A stretch of DNA of 64,000 nt from an uncultured bacterium. GTDB lineage: Bacteria; Acidobacteriota; HRBIN11; JAKEFK01. Below, one piece after another: positions 9,101 to 17,369 of this stretch (within the stretch, counting starts at the first letter, position 1; each line of letters starts with the position of its first letter). The position numbers and the translations under genes are program-made. The DNA is taken from NCBI GenBank assembly GCA_963777505.1, contig CAVZQN010000003.1:256001-320000 (forward strand). The letters are read 5' to 3'. The notes below the pieces were generated by a model. That model saw nothing but the letters and a program-made list of their open reading frames with translations, did no database searches and was not told the origin of the DNA.

Positions 9101-9855
9101 AAAAGCATACGATTCGAAAATGTCCTGTTTGTCATATCGTTCTCCGGCGTGTTCTTCTTTGCGAAAACGTTGAAGTTGAGATCTGCCAGAGCTGTCGAGG
9201 AATTTGGTTTGACAAAGATGAAATTGATCATACTTATAAAGCGCCGCAGCTTCCGCCACTCTTTCTAAGCGAGCGGAGAGGTCTTCGCGATCCATCTGTA
9301 TGTGTGAAGTGCCACGAACTCAATTCTCGTTCAATTCGGAAATGCAGTCACTGCGGTTTTCAATTGGAGTTCCGGTGTCCGTACTGTCTATATGCTCTTG
9401 AAGAAGTTCGCGTAGGAGATGTGATTGCTGACCGTTGTAATCAATGTCGTGGTGTATGGTTGGATGGCGGCGAACTGGCGCTCTTATTTAATTTCTACAA
9501 AAGGCAATCCGTCAATCGATCGAAGGCTGGACTCGATCCTTATGACACTCTGGATTTTCTCTTTTGGACTACTCATCTTTCGGATGCCGGGGCGATTGTA
9601 ATTGACGCAGCGGCTCACGCACCAGAGGTTGTTGGGAATGTGCTCGAACATGTTGGCGATATTCCAGGATTGGCAGGGCAAGTTTTTTCTGGAACTGCTA
9701 ACGTTGCCGGCCATGTTGTCGATGTTTCTGGTGAACTCATTTCTGGTGCGATCGATCTCGCAGGAAACGTTCCAGAAGTTGCAGCCTCCGCAGCCGATGC
9801 GTGCTCGGGATTTTTTGAGGCACTGATTGGTTTGATTGCCGGGATTTTCGATTAA
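9097..9855 (+). CDS. zf-TFIIB-type zinc-finger protein with an amphipathic Gly/Ala-rich tail
   Basis: Two CP.C...C..CRG(I/V)W(F/L)D modules plus two further CxxC pairs. ATGA overlap with the upstream gene. Confidence 0.8.
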   Translation: MKKHTIRKCPVCHIVLRRVLLCENVEVEICQSCRGIWFDKDEIDHTYKAPQLPPLFLSERRGLRDPSVCVKCHELNSRSIRKCSHCGFQLEFRCPYCLYALEEVRVGDVIADRCNQCRGVWLDGGELALLFNFYKRQSVNRSKAGLDPYDTLDFLFWTTHLSDAGAIVIDAAAHAPEVVGNVLEHVGDIPGLAGQVFSGTANVAGHVVDVSGELISGAIDLAGNVPEVAASAADACSGFFEALIGLIAGIFD

Positions 9856-10292
9856 GTTTTCATTGATCTCGACATCAGAACCGCACTCTCAGGACATAAC
9901 GAAGTAAATTCGTGAGTGGCGCGAATTACATTCGGCGCATCATTTCTTTCTACCAGCGTGAATCCAAACTTTGTAAAGAAAGCTTCAGCTGCAGTCGTCA
10001 GCAAATAAACTTGTTTGATCTGCCTGTCTTCCGCATAGTGAAGTATTTCATCTATTAAAATCTTTCCCAATCCGCGCTTCCGATATTTTTCATCGACAGC
10101 AAGTGATCGAAGTAAAGCTATATCTTCATAAACTTCCAATCCAACAACTCCAATCAGTTTATTTTCATCTTCAACGCAAAGAAAATGATCAATATGAGAT
10201 TCAATATCTGTGTATGGCAGATCAACAGATTTCAATAGCCGTTGAATTTCCTGAATATCGCTCGTTTTTGCAGAATGAAATTGACACGGCAT
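9852..10292 (-). CDS. arsN2: GNAT acetyltransferase, arsenic-resistance ArsN2-like
   Basis: ALLRSLAV...RKRGLG...YLLTTAAEAFF...EFTSLCPESA. Adjacent to arsM. Confidence 0.8.
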   Translation of the reverse strand: MPCQFHSAKTSDIQEIQRLLKSVDLPYTDIESHIDHFLCVEDENKLIGVVGLEVYEDIALLRSLAVDEKYRKRGLGKILIDEILHYAEDRQIKQVYLLTTAAEAFFTKFGFTLVERNDAPNVIRATHEFTSLCPESAVLMSRSMKT

Positions 10293-10304
10293 CTACACTT
10301 CCAA

Positions 10305-11102
10305 TCAGGGTTTCCGTGCGATTACACGGGCACTCCAGATTTTGCTAACAACTTTTTCCGCAAATGCATTTTTGTTAATTAAAGCTGCAACTTGATCTCG
10401 ATCATAGATATTTCTTTCTGTAACTTTAACATCTTCGAAACCTGCCTGTTTCAAAGCCTCAAGATATTCTGTCTCTGAAATTGCCCCTGCCACGCAAGAG
10501 GTATAGAGCGATGTATTTTCGCGAAGAACCTGTGGTAAAGATTCAACCATAATATCGCTGACTGCAAGCTGGCCGCCGCTCCGTAAAACGCGAAAGGCTT
10601 CCCTAAAAACTGCAGGTTTATTCGGAGACAGATTAATCACGCAATTTGAAATAATCCAATCGGCCACTTTATCTTGTAGCGGCATGTGTTCGGCTTCACC
10701 AAGTCTGAATTCAACGTTGTCAAATCCACCTTGACGCGCATTTGTGCGTGCCTTTTCAATCATGATAGGAGTCATGTCCAGACCGATGACTTTTCCGGTT
10801 GTTCCAACAATCTGGGCTGCCAGTAAGCAATCGATTCCGGCTCCGCTTCCTATATCAACAACAGTCTGCCCGGGCATTACGCCTGAGAAAGCTAACGGAT
10901 TTCCGCAGCCAAAACTGTTTTGAACAGCGTCCTTTGGAATGGATTGCAACTGATCCTGAGTATAACCGGCAGAACATGCTACTCTGTCAACAGGAATGAT
11001 TTGGCTCTCTTGAGTCTTAGAACCGCAGCAGCCTGAATCTGTTGAAACTGCTGCTGTATAACGATCGCGTACCATTGTTCTAATTTTCTCTTCAGATTCC
11101 AT
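10305..11102 (-). CDS. arsM: Arsenite S-adenosylmethionine methyltransferase
   Basis: GCCG, SFGCGNP, DIGSGAGIDC, IISNCVINLSP and SCVAGA motifs. GAAGGAG RBS before MESEEK. Confidence 0.9.
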   Translation of the reverse strand: MESEEKIRTMVRDRYTAAVSTDSGCCGSKTQESQIIPVDRVACSAGYTQDQLQSIPKDAVQNSFGCGNPLAFSGVMPGQTVVDIGSGAGIDCLLAAQIVGTTGKVIGLDMTPIMIEKARTNARQGGFDNVEFRLGEAEHMPLQDKVADWIISNCVINLSPNKPAVFREAFRVLRSGGQLAVSDIMVESLPQVLRENTSLYTSCVAGAISETEYLEALKQAGFEDVKVTERNIYDRDQVAALINKNAFAEKVVSKIWSARVIARKP

Positions 11103-11119
11103 TTTGCTCTCCTTCAAAT

Positions 11120-11139
11120 ACTTGTATCATACAACTAAT
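11120..11139. promoter_or_regulatory. Putative MarR operator upstream of arsM
   Basis: ACTTGTATCATACAACTAAT contains the palindrome TTGTAT-C-ATACAA. It is 18/20 identical to the site at 11655. Confidence 0.65.
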
Positions 11140-11152
11140 TATCCAAAAAAAA

Positions 11153-11662
11153 CTAGGTTTGAACGTCAGGGCGTACGGATTTGGCCGGACGTTTTGCGAG
11201 TTTGATGCTGTCTACCGGAATCACTTTGCCCGAATCTGTCCCGCATTGTAAAGCGCGATTCAGCTGTCGGATAATTTGCGGTAAAAGTTTACGGACTTCG
11301 TCAGGGAAATCTTTTATCGCCTCTGCAAGGATTGTTGAAAAATCCTTTTCGATTCGTGCCATCAGTTTCTTGCCGGCCTCGGTCATGTCGATTTGTCTGA
11401 CGCGGCCGTCTTCGTTTCCGCGGGTTCTGTGAACGAGCTTTTTTCGTACAAGTTGATCCACCAGACGAGTGGTACTTGAAATATCCAGACCTAATTTGTC
11501 TGAAAGAGCGCTTGTACTATGAGCTCCTTCTTGAAGCGTCTGTAATGCGTAGCATTGCGACACTGTCAATCCGTAGCAACAAATCTCATCACGATTACGA
11601 AACTGATAGCGCCGTGCTAGTTCCGTCAGGGATCGATACAGTTCAACCGTATTTACTTGCAT
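11153..11662 (-). CDS. MarR-family regulator with a Cys cluster (candidate As(III) sensor)
   Basis: wHTH SSTTRLVDQL...DGRVRQIDMTEAG. N-terminal ICCYGLTVSQC. Confidence 0.88.
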   Translation of the reverse strand: MQVNTVELYRSLTELARRYQFRNRDEICCYGLTVSQCYALQTLQEGAHSTSALSDKLGLDISSTTRLVDQLVRKKLVHRTRGNEDGRVRQIDMTEAGKKLMARIEKDFSTILAEAIKDFPDEVRKLLPQIIRQLNRALQCGTDSGKVIPVDSIKLAKRPAKSVRPDVQT

Positions 11663-11674
11663 GATACAACTAAT
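11655..11674. promoter_or_regulatory. Putative MarR autoregulatory operator overlapping the marR start codon
   Basis: ACTTGCATGATACAACTAAT, the second copy of the arsM upstream motif. Confidence 0.65.
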
Positions 11675-11725
11675 ATTAACAAAACGCGCAGATCAGTCAA
11701 GCCGCGCTCGCGGTACACTTAGAAC

Positions 11726-12469
11726 ATGAGCGAAGATACAGGAATTGGGGGATCCAGATCCCGTTTTCCTACAACGCGTCATTCGGCAATTGTTGCGGCG
11801 CGAAGTGATGACGCTCAGGAACGATCCAGAGCCCTGGAAGTAATTGTAGGCGCCTACTGGAAACCTGTTTACAAATACATTCGCATTCAATGGCGAAAAT
11901 CCAATGAAGATGCGAAAGATCTAACACAGAATTTTTTTACCCGGATTCTTGAAAAGGAAATTTTGCAAAATTTTGATCCAGCCAGAGCAAAATTCCGAAC
12001 GTATTTGCGGACATGTCTCGATGGATATCTTGCAAATGAGCATAAAGCGGCAGGCAGACAGAAACGCGGTGGTGATGCATTGATCCTTTCACTTGATTAT
12101 GAAAGTGCAGAAGGAGAATTGAAAAATGTTGATATTGCAGACCCTCAAAATACAGAAGAATATTTTGAGAAGGAATGGGTCCGAAGTTTTTTTGAGTATT
12201 GTCTTAAAGAATTAGAAAAAAATTTGGCAGGACGCGGCAAAATGGTTCACTTCCAACTCTTTGAGCGTTATCACATGGAAGGTGGTGATGATTTGACCTA
12301 TGAAACTCTGGCTCGAGAGTTTAAGTTATCACCAAGCAATGTCACAAATTATCTTGCTGCATCGCGCAGGGAGTTTCGAAAGATTATTTTAGAAAGGTTG
12401 AGGCAGCTCACTGTGACTGATGAAGAATATTCGCGTGAAGCAAGAATATTATTAGGGATCAAGGTGTAA
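11726..12469 (+). CDS. ECF-type sigma-70 factor (kinase-associated type)
   Basis: FPTTRHS...AYWKPVYKYIR...DAKDLTQNFF...KFRTYL...QKRGG. Directly upstream of a Ser/Thr kinase. Confidence 0.85.
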   Translation: MSEDTGIGGSRSRFPTTRHSAIVAARSDDAQERSRALEVIVGAYWKPVYKYIRIQWRKSNEDAKDLTQNFFTRILEKEILQNFDPARAKFRTYLRTCLDGYLANEHKAAGRQKRGGDALILSLDYESAEGELKNVDIADPQNTEEYFEKEWVRSFFEYCLKELEKNLAGRGKMVHFQLFERYHMEGGDDLTYETLAREFKLSPSNVTNYLAASRREFRKIILERLRQLTVTDEEYSREARILLGIKV

Positions 12470-12473
12470 TCGA

Positions 12474-13460
12474 TTGCTTTCAAAAGACGCGTTAAAACGG
12501 CTGCAAGCTGTCGTTGAAGAACCTGATCTGGAGGGGACACGCTATCGTGTGATCGAAAGAATCGGACAAGGAGGAATGGGTACAGTATTCCTTGCAGAGG
12601 ATTCTGAATTGCAGCGCAAAGTTGCGTTGAAGGTAATGAATCTTGTGGATTCCAGTGATGATCTCACTTCACGAATGTGGAAGGAAGCTCGAATCATTGC
12701 ACAGCTTGAACATCCTGGAATCGTGCCTGTGCACGATGTTGGTTCGCTTCCGGATGGAAGAATATTTTACGCGATGAAGTATGTGCAAGGCAGCCGTCTG
12801 GATCAACTTCCTAAAGGTAACAGGACACAGACCGAACTATTGCGTTTATTTGAAAAAATTTGCGAAGCTGTTGCATTTGCAAACGCGCATGGAGTTATAC
12901 ATCGTGATTTAAAGCCCGAAAACGTAATGGTAGGTCCTTTTGGTGAAGTGCTTGTGATGGATTGGGGTATAGCAAAGTTTTTACGGCAAACTGAGGACGG
13001 ATTATCCGGTGCGTTAAATTCTTTGCATCCGAAATCATCGGATACTGATCATGGCACGATTATTGGGACACGCGGATATATGTCTCCTGAGCAAGAACGT
13101 GGTGAGTCTGGTTCGTTGGATCAACGTACTGATGTTTATTCGTTGGGAGCAATTCTTTATTTTTTGTTAACTGCGGAGCATCCAACTTCTGGGAGCGTTC
13201 AAGTTTTACCTAAAATACCAAAGCGGCTCGCTGCAATATGCCGCAAAGCCATGGCTGTATCACCTGAAAATCGATACAAGACAGCGGATGAACTCGCATC
13301 CGATATCGCAAAATTTATTGATCATCAACCAGTTTCTGCATACCGCGAAAATCCGTTCGAACGCGCTGCTCGATGGATCGATAGAAACCGGTTTGTTGTG
13401 TATCTAATTGTCACGTATCTTCTGCTGCGTTTCCTCGTCCTTATCTTTCTAAACCGCTAA
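12474..13460 (+). CDS. Hanks-type Ser/Thr protein kinase with a C-terminal TM helix
   Basis: GQGGMG, VALK, HRDLKPEN, DWG, YMSPEQ and DVYSLG motifs. Confidence 0.93.
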   Translation: MLSKDALKRLQAVVEEPDLEGTRYRVIERIGQGGMGTVFLAEDSELQRKVALKVMNLVDSSDDLTSRMWKEARIIAQLEHPGIVPVHDVGSLPDGRIFYAMKYVQGSRLDQLPKGNRTQTELLRLFEKICEAVAFANAHGVIHRDLKPENVMVGPFGEVLVMDWGIAKFLRQTEDGLSGALNSLHPKSSDTDHGTIIGTRGYMSPEQERGESGSLDQRTDVYSLGAILYFLLTAEHPTSGSVQVLPKIPKRLAAICRKAMAVSPENRYKTADELASDIAKFIDHQPVSAYRENPFERAARWIDRNRFVVYLIVTYLLLRFLVLIFLNR

Positions 13461-13508
13461 AGCTACTGGCCTGAAGAAAAAAGTTGTACGGAAGAATGGA
13501 GGTTCCGT

Positions 13509-14033
13509 ATGAGATGGATTTGTATTGTCATGACGTTTGTTTTTTCTCTTTCATTGTTCGCCGATGTGCCACCAGGTAAACAGATGACAGACCGTGAGAT
13601 AGATCACGAAGTTGTTGTGAACGCTCCCAAAGAAAAGGTCTTTGAACTCTGGATCTCAGAAGAAGGCATCAAGAAATTTTTCGGAGTGAAGGCAGAAATT
13701 GAAAACAAGGTTGGAGGTAAATACTATGTCTATTTCCATCCTGACGATCGCGGACTATCTTCAGAAGGAGTAAAGATCCTGCGTTATGAACCGTCTTCCT
13801 TTTTGAGTTTTGAATGGCGTGGTAAACCTGAAATGGTTGAAATGAATGTCGAGCCTTTTCCAACATGGGTCGAAATAGAATTTGAAACCGCAGGGAATAA
13901 TAAAACGAAAGTGAGCCTGCATCATTATGGTTTTGGCAAAGGTGGAACCTGGGATGAAGGATACGAATTTTTTGACAAGGCATGGAACCAGGTTCTGGAA
14001 AATCTTGCAGCAATTTTTACCGCAAAGACTTAA
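13509..14033 (+). CDS. Exported SRPBCC/Aha1-like domain protein
   Basis: Signal peptide. VNAPKEKVFELW...LSFEW...TKVSLHHYGF...W..VLENL. Confidence 0.85.
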   Translation: MRWICIVMTFVFSLSLFADVPPGKQMTDREIDHEVVVNAPKEKVFELWISEEGIKKFFGVKAEIENKVGGKYYVYFHPDDRGLSSEGVKILRYEPSSFLSFEWRGKPEMVEMNVEPFPTWVEIEFETAGNNKTKVSLHHYGFGKGGTWDEGYEFFDKAWNQVLENLAAIFTAKT

Positions 14034-14812
14034 AGCGGTTTGCCTAGAAGTTCGTCCAATCTTTGCCGATAGCGGCGGCTCAAAGTTAGAGTCGTTCCAT
14101 TGTGAAGAATGACTCGATAATCGCCGTGAAACCATGTCTGGAGCTGTTGAATGCGATCTACATTCACGATTGTCGATTTATGGATTCGTACGAACTTTCT
14201 AGGATCCAATTCATTTTCCAGTGTGTTCATTCCTTCACGAACCAGATGTTCCTCTTTGCCGGCGTGAATTGAAACGTATTTTCCCTGTGCTTCGATCCAA
14301 TCAATCTCTTCTGTCTTTAGAAAAAAGACACGGCCGCTTGCTTTAATTACGAGACGTTCAAGATATCGCGGTGGAGTCTTCATTTCTTCAAGAAGCGCAA
14401 AGATACCTTTGTTCAGTGTACGATTACGATCTTGTTCAATTTGTGCTTTGGCGCGTGTGAGTGCTTCTTCAAAACGTTCCGTATCAAACGGTTTGAGCAA
14501 ATAATCCAGTGCATGAACCTCGAAGGCTTGAATTGCATATCGATCATAAGCCGTGACGAAAATTACATGAGGCATATTTTCGTTTTGTAATGATTTCAGA
14601 ACTTCAAAACCATCCATGCCAGGCATTTGAATGTCCAAAAATACAAGATCAGGTGAAAGCTTTCGGATCGCCTCCGTTGCATGTTCGCCATTGTTGCAAA
14701 TTTTTACGATTTCAATGGAAGTATCATCTTTAAGAAGTCTTTGAATTCGTCTGCAAGCGATCGGCTCATCATCTACGATACAAACTCGAATTGTCTTTTC
14801 TTGAACCATCAT
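14030..14812 (-). CDS. LytTR-family response regulator (canonical)
   Basis: IVDDEP, FLDIQMP, FVTAYD, DYLLKP and FVRIHKSTIVN motifs. AGGAG RBS. Confidence 0.95.
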   Translation of the reverse strand: MMVQEKTIRVCIVDDEPIACRRIQRLLKDDTSIEIVKICNNGEHATEAIRKLSPDLVFLDIQMPGMDGFEVLKSLQNENMPHVIFVTAYDRYAIQAFEVHALDYLLKPFDTERFEEALTRAKAQIEQDRNRTLNKGIFALLEEMKTPPRYLERLVIKASGRVFFLKTEEIDWIEAQGKYVSIHAGKEEHLVREGMNTLENELDPRKFVRIHKSTIVNVDRIQQLQTWFHGDYRVILHNGTTLTLSRRYRQRLDELLGKPL

Positions 14813-14822
14813 AGTTAAACTC

Positions 14823-16313
14823 CTATTGCATTCTGAGCAGACGTGTATCAACTGGAATTTCAACTGTCACGAGGAGGCCTCCTTCAGGCGCGTTTTCAAG
14901 GTGAAAACGATGTCCTTTTCCATACAATTGTTGAAGTCTTTCGCGCGTGTTGGAAAGTCCAAGACCTTTTTTCAAAGGCACTGTTTTTCGTTGATCATCC
15001 GTTAACCCGGGCCCATTATCATGAACTTGAACCTGAAGCACACCATTGTTCCGCTTAGCACAAATCTCAATCTTTCCAGGTGTTGTACGTGGTGCGATAC
15101 CATGACGGATTGCATTTTCAACAATCGGTTGAAGTAAGAGATTTGGTACAGCTACGGGTAATGTTTGAGGTTCAATATCCATATAAATGCTTAAACGATC
15201 CTGAAAACGTACATTTTCGATTGCAAGATAACACTTTAGAAACTCGAGTTCTTGTTCAAATGGGACTTCTTGTTGCTCAGAATTGTTTACGGTTAAACGC
15301 AGAAAATGTTCTAGGTGAGCCAGCATTTTTTCAGCTGCTTGAATGTCTTCCTGCATCAGTTCAGAAAGGGAATTCAGCGTATTAAACAAAAAGTGGGGAT
15401 GTAACTGCATCTTCAACGCTTGTAGTTGAGCGCGAGCAAGCTGGCTATTGAGTTTTGATGCGCGGATCTGGCTATATACATAATGGCGCCGGTAACGCGA
15501 GGCACTTCCTAATGCGACGATTGTCCAATAAATAAGGATGTCCAGTGAAAATTGTGTTTTTGCGAAAACCATTGAAATCGTCTCAAGGAATTTGCCTTCT
15601 TCAAATAGGCTGATCCAATGCAAGAGAGCAAATCCTAAAGTAGTGTAGAAATAGACCGCCAGATTTGTTAAGAGATGTACGAAACCATTTTTTAGGAAAA
15701 CCCCTTTCCGTAGCGGATATTTTTGAAGAATGTTTAAGATGAAAGGAGTTAACAAAGCCCAGATGTACCACGTGCTGGATTCAAACAGGAGCATAGCCCA
15801 GGGCACCGGCTTACCTTCCATTTTAAAAAACATTGAATTCATAAGAATGAAATAGAAAGCAACACCTGACCATGCAGCAACAATGATTCCCCATCGCCTC
15901 ACAGGATTGATTGGAGGATCTTTATATTCGCTGTGCTGTGTGGCTGATGCGTTTATAGCTTCAGTGCTTGGACTTTCATTCTCCGGTTGATTGTCGATTC
16001 TTAATAAGACTGAAGCTTTTGAGTCTTTTTCTTCAATAGAAAACTCCATATTCCGCGAGTGAGTTTGTGTGAAGCTTTTGAGGCTTGATTGCAGGGAATC
16101 GAGTTCACTTTTGTTGGACACTTTGAGAAGATCATGAATCTGAATTGTTAATAAATTTCCATGACGATCTGCCTCCACTACGATCTGATCTGAATTCTCA
16201 GCCTGTGTGCGGTTCCGTTTTAGCATTGCTTCAATCGGAGTTTGTATAATGCGATTCGGTACAAGCCAATCCAAACAGCCTGGAGAAATCTGATATTGAA
16301 TGGATAGCCGCAC
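14823..16313 (-). CDS. LytS-type histidine kinase, 3' part of a frameshifted tandem sensor
   Basis: ALKMQLHPHFLFNTLN, LLQPIVENAIRHG, DNGPG and GLGLSN motifs. Its N-terminus is the remainder of a degenerate first kinase module. Confidence 0.85.
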   Translation of the reverse strand: MRLSIQYQISPGCLDWLVPNRIIQTPIEAMLKRNRTQAENSDQIVVEADRHGNLLTIQIHDLLKVSNKSELDSLQSSLKSFTQTHSRNMEFSIEEKDSKASVLLRIDNQPENESPSTEAINASATQHSEYKDPPINPVRRWGIIVAAWSGVAFYFILMNSMFFKMEGKPVPWAMLLFESSTWYIWALLTPFILNILQKYPLRKGVFLKNGFVHLLTNLAVYFYTTLGFALLHWISLFEEGKFLETISMVFAKTQFSLDILIYWTIVALGSASRYRRHYVYSQIRASKLNSQLARAQLQALKMQLHPHFLFNTLNSLSELMQEDIQAAEKMLAHLEHFLRLTVNNSEQQEVPFEQELEFLKCYLAIENVRFQDRLSIYMDIEPQTLPVAVPNLLLQPIVENAIRHGIAPRTTPGKIEICAKRNNGVLQVQVHDNGPGLTDDQRKTVPLKKGLGLSNTRERLQQLYGKGHRFHLENAPEGGLLVTVEIPVDTRLLRMQ

Positions 16314-17049
16314 TCTTCTCGCGAAATTTTTCCAGCTCAGTTGTGCACTTCACGAAGTCGAGTTCTTTGCTAAGTGGAATTTCTCGATATTGTGCGTTAT
16401 CAAGAGTCATCCGCAAATAGTCACCTAATCGTGCGATAAGCCGATCAGCAGATCTTAAGTCACTGTGCATAAGTGTGGAGAGTGAATGCAAAATTCGAAA
16501 AAGGAATTTTGGCTCCAGTTGCATTTTTAATGCTTGAGCTTCAGCGCGCCATATTCGATCTTCAACCTGAATTGAATTGATCTCGTTTTCGCGAGCCCTG
16601 CGATAATAATCAAGCGCATAACATACAGCCAGAATTGCGTGATAGATCGCGAACCGCCAGAAGACATACCAGCCAAAATAATCACCTGACTTCTTAAGGA
16701 TGTCTGCAAATGTCCGTTCGGGATGGGGAAGCCAATGAACAATACCGATTAGGGTTGAAGCATGTAGAGTGGCGATTGTGAGGCCGGCCAACAGATGAAC
16801 AAAGATACTGCGATGCCAAGTTTTTGAATCATAGCGAAAACGTTTTGCAAGTATGAAGATCAATGGAAATAAAGCAGCCCAGAGATACCAGGATGTAAAT
16901 GCCCACAGAAGAGCTTCTTCCCAGTGATATTCCTCTGTACCATCTTGCGAAATATAACCCTGTCCAAAAAAGATCAAGGCAATCAATGTTGCTACTGTGA
17001 TTACGATGATCCATTCCCCGCGACGGGTTATTGATAGAGTGGTTTTCAT
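16231..17049 (-). CDS. LytS-type sensor, 5' part (TM domain plus degenerate H-box). Joins the downstream ORF by a +1 frameshift near 16316
   Basis: TM helices followed by ALKMQLEPKFLFRILH...IARLGDYLRMTL...EIPLSKELDF. Confidence 0.8.
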   Translation of the reverse strand: MKTTLSITRRGEWIIVITVATLIALIFFGQGYISQDGTEEYHWEEALLWAFTSWYLWAALFPLIFILAKRFRYDSKTWHRSIFVHLLAGLTIATLHASTLIGIVHWLPHPERTFADILKKSGDYFGWYVFWRFAIYHAILAVCYALDYYRRARENEINSIQVEDRIWRAEAQALKMQLEPKFLFRILHSLSTLMHSDLRSADRLIARLGDYLRMTLDNAQYREIPLSKELDFVKCTTELEKFREKSAAIHSISDFSRLFGLACTESHYTNSD

Positions 17050-17140
17050 TGTTGACTAATATCGCATTACATAGTGTCTGGAGCAACTACTCAATGGAAC
17101 GACAGGGATTCGAGTCACCCCGAGCGGGAATTTAAGAAAT

Positions 17141-17171
17141 AAAAAAGTGGGGCAGTTTTTCACCGCCCCAC
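17141..17171 (-). terminator. Rho-independent terminator
   Basis: Minus strand GTGGGGCGGT-GAAAA-ACTGCCCCAC-TTTTTT. Confidence 0.75.
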
Positions 17172-17264
17172 AGCTACTCTTTTACGGGGGAGCCATGAGC
17201 GACTCCTGAGTTTGGCCGCCGTCACGCAGTCCAAACTCAAGTGCGGCTCGCGACCCATTTTTTC

Positions 17265-17318
17265 AACGCCGAGTACCCCGAGAGGAAAATAAAAAAAATA
17301 CTCGGCGCCCTCGGCGTT
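17265..17318. repeat. REP-like palindromic element
   Basis: AACGCCGAG-ta-CCCCGAG ... CTCGGCG-cc-CTCGGCGTT around an A-rich loop. Confidence 0.55.
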
Positions 17319-17361
17319 AAAAAAGATTTTGGAGGGCCATCATAATCGTGACCCTCCAATT
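17319..17361 (-). terminator. Rho-independent terminator of the TonB-dependent receptor gene
   Basis: TTGGAGGG...CCCTCCAA stem followed by a T-tract on the minus strand, just after the stop codon at 17370. Confidence 0.7.
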
Positions 17362-17369
17362 TCAAAAAA

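Noticed and set aside
16300-16335. Programmed ribosomal frameshift in lytS (and at ~40947)
   Set aside because: Both breaks are +1 at a TT doublet with no recognisable slippery heptamer. A sequencing error or recent mutation is more parsimonious.
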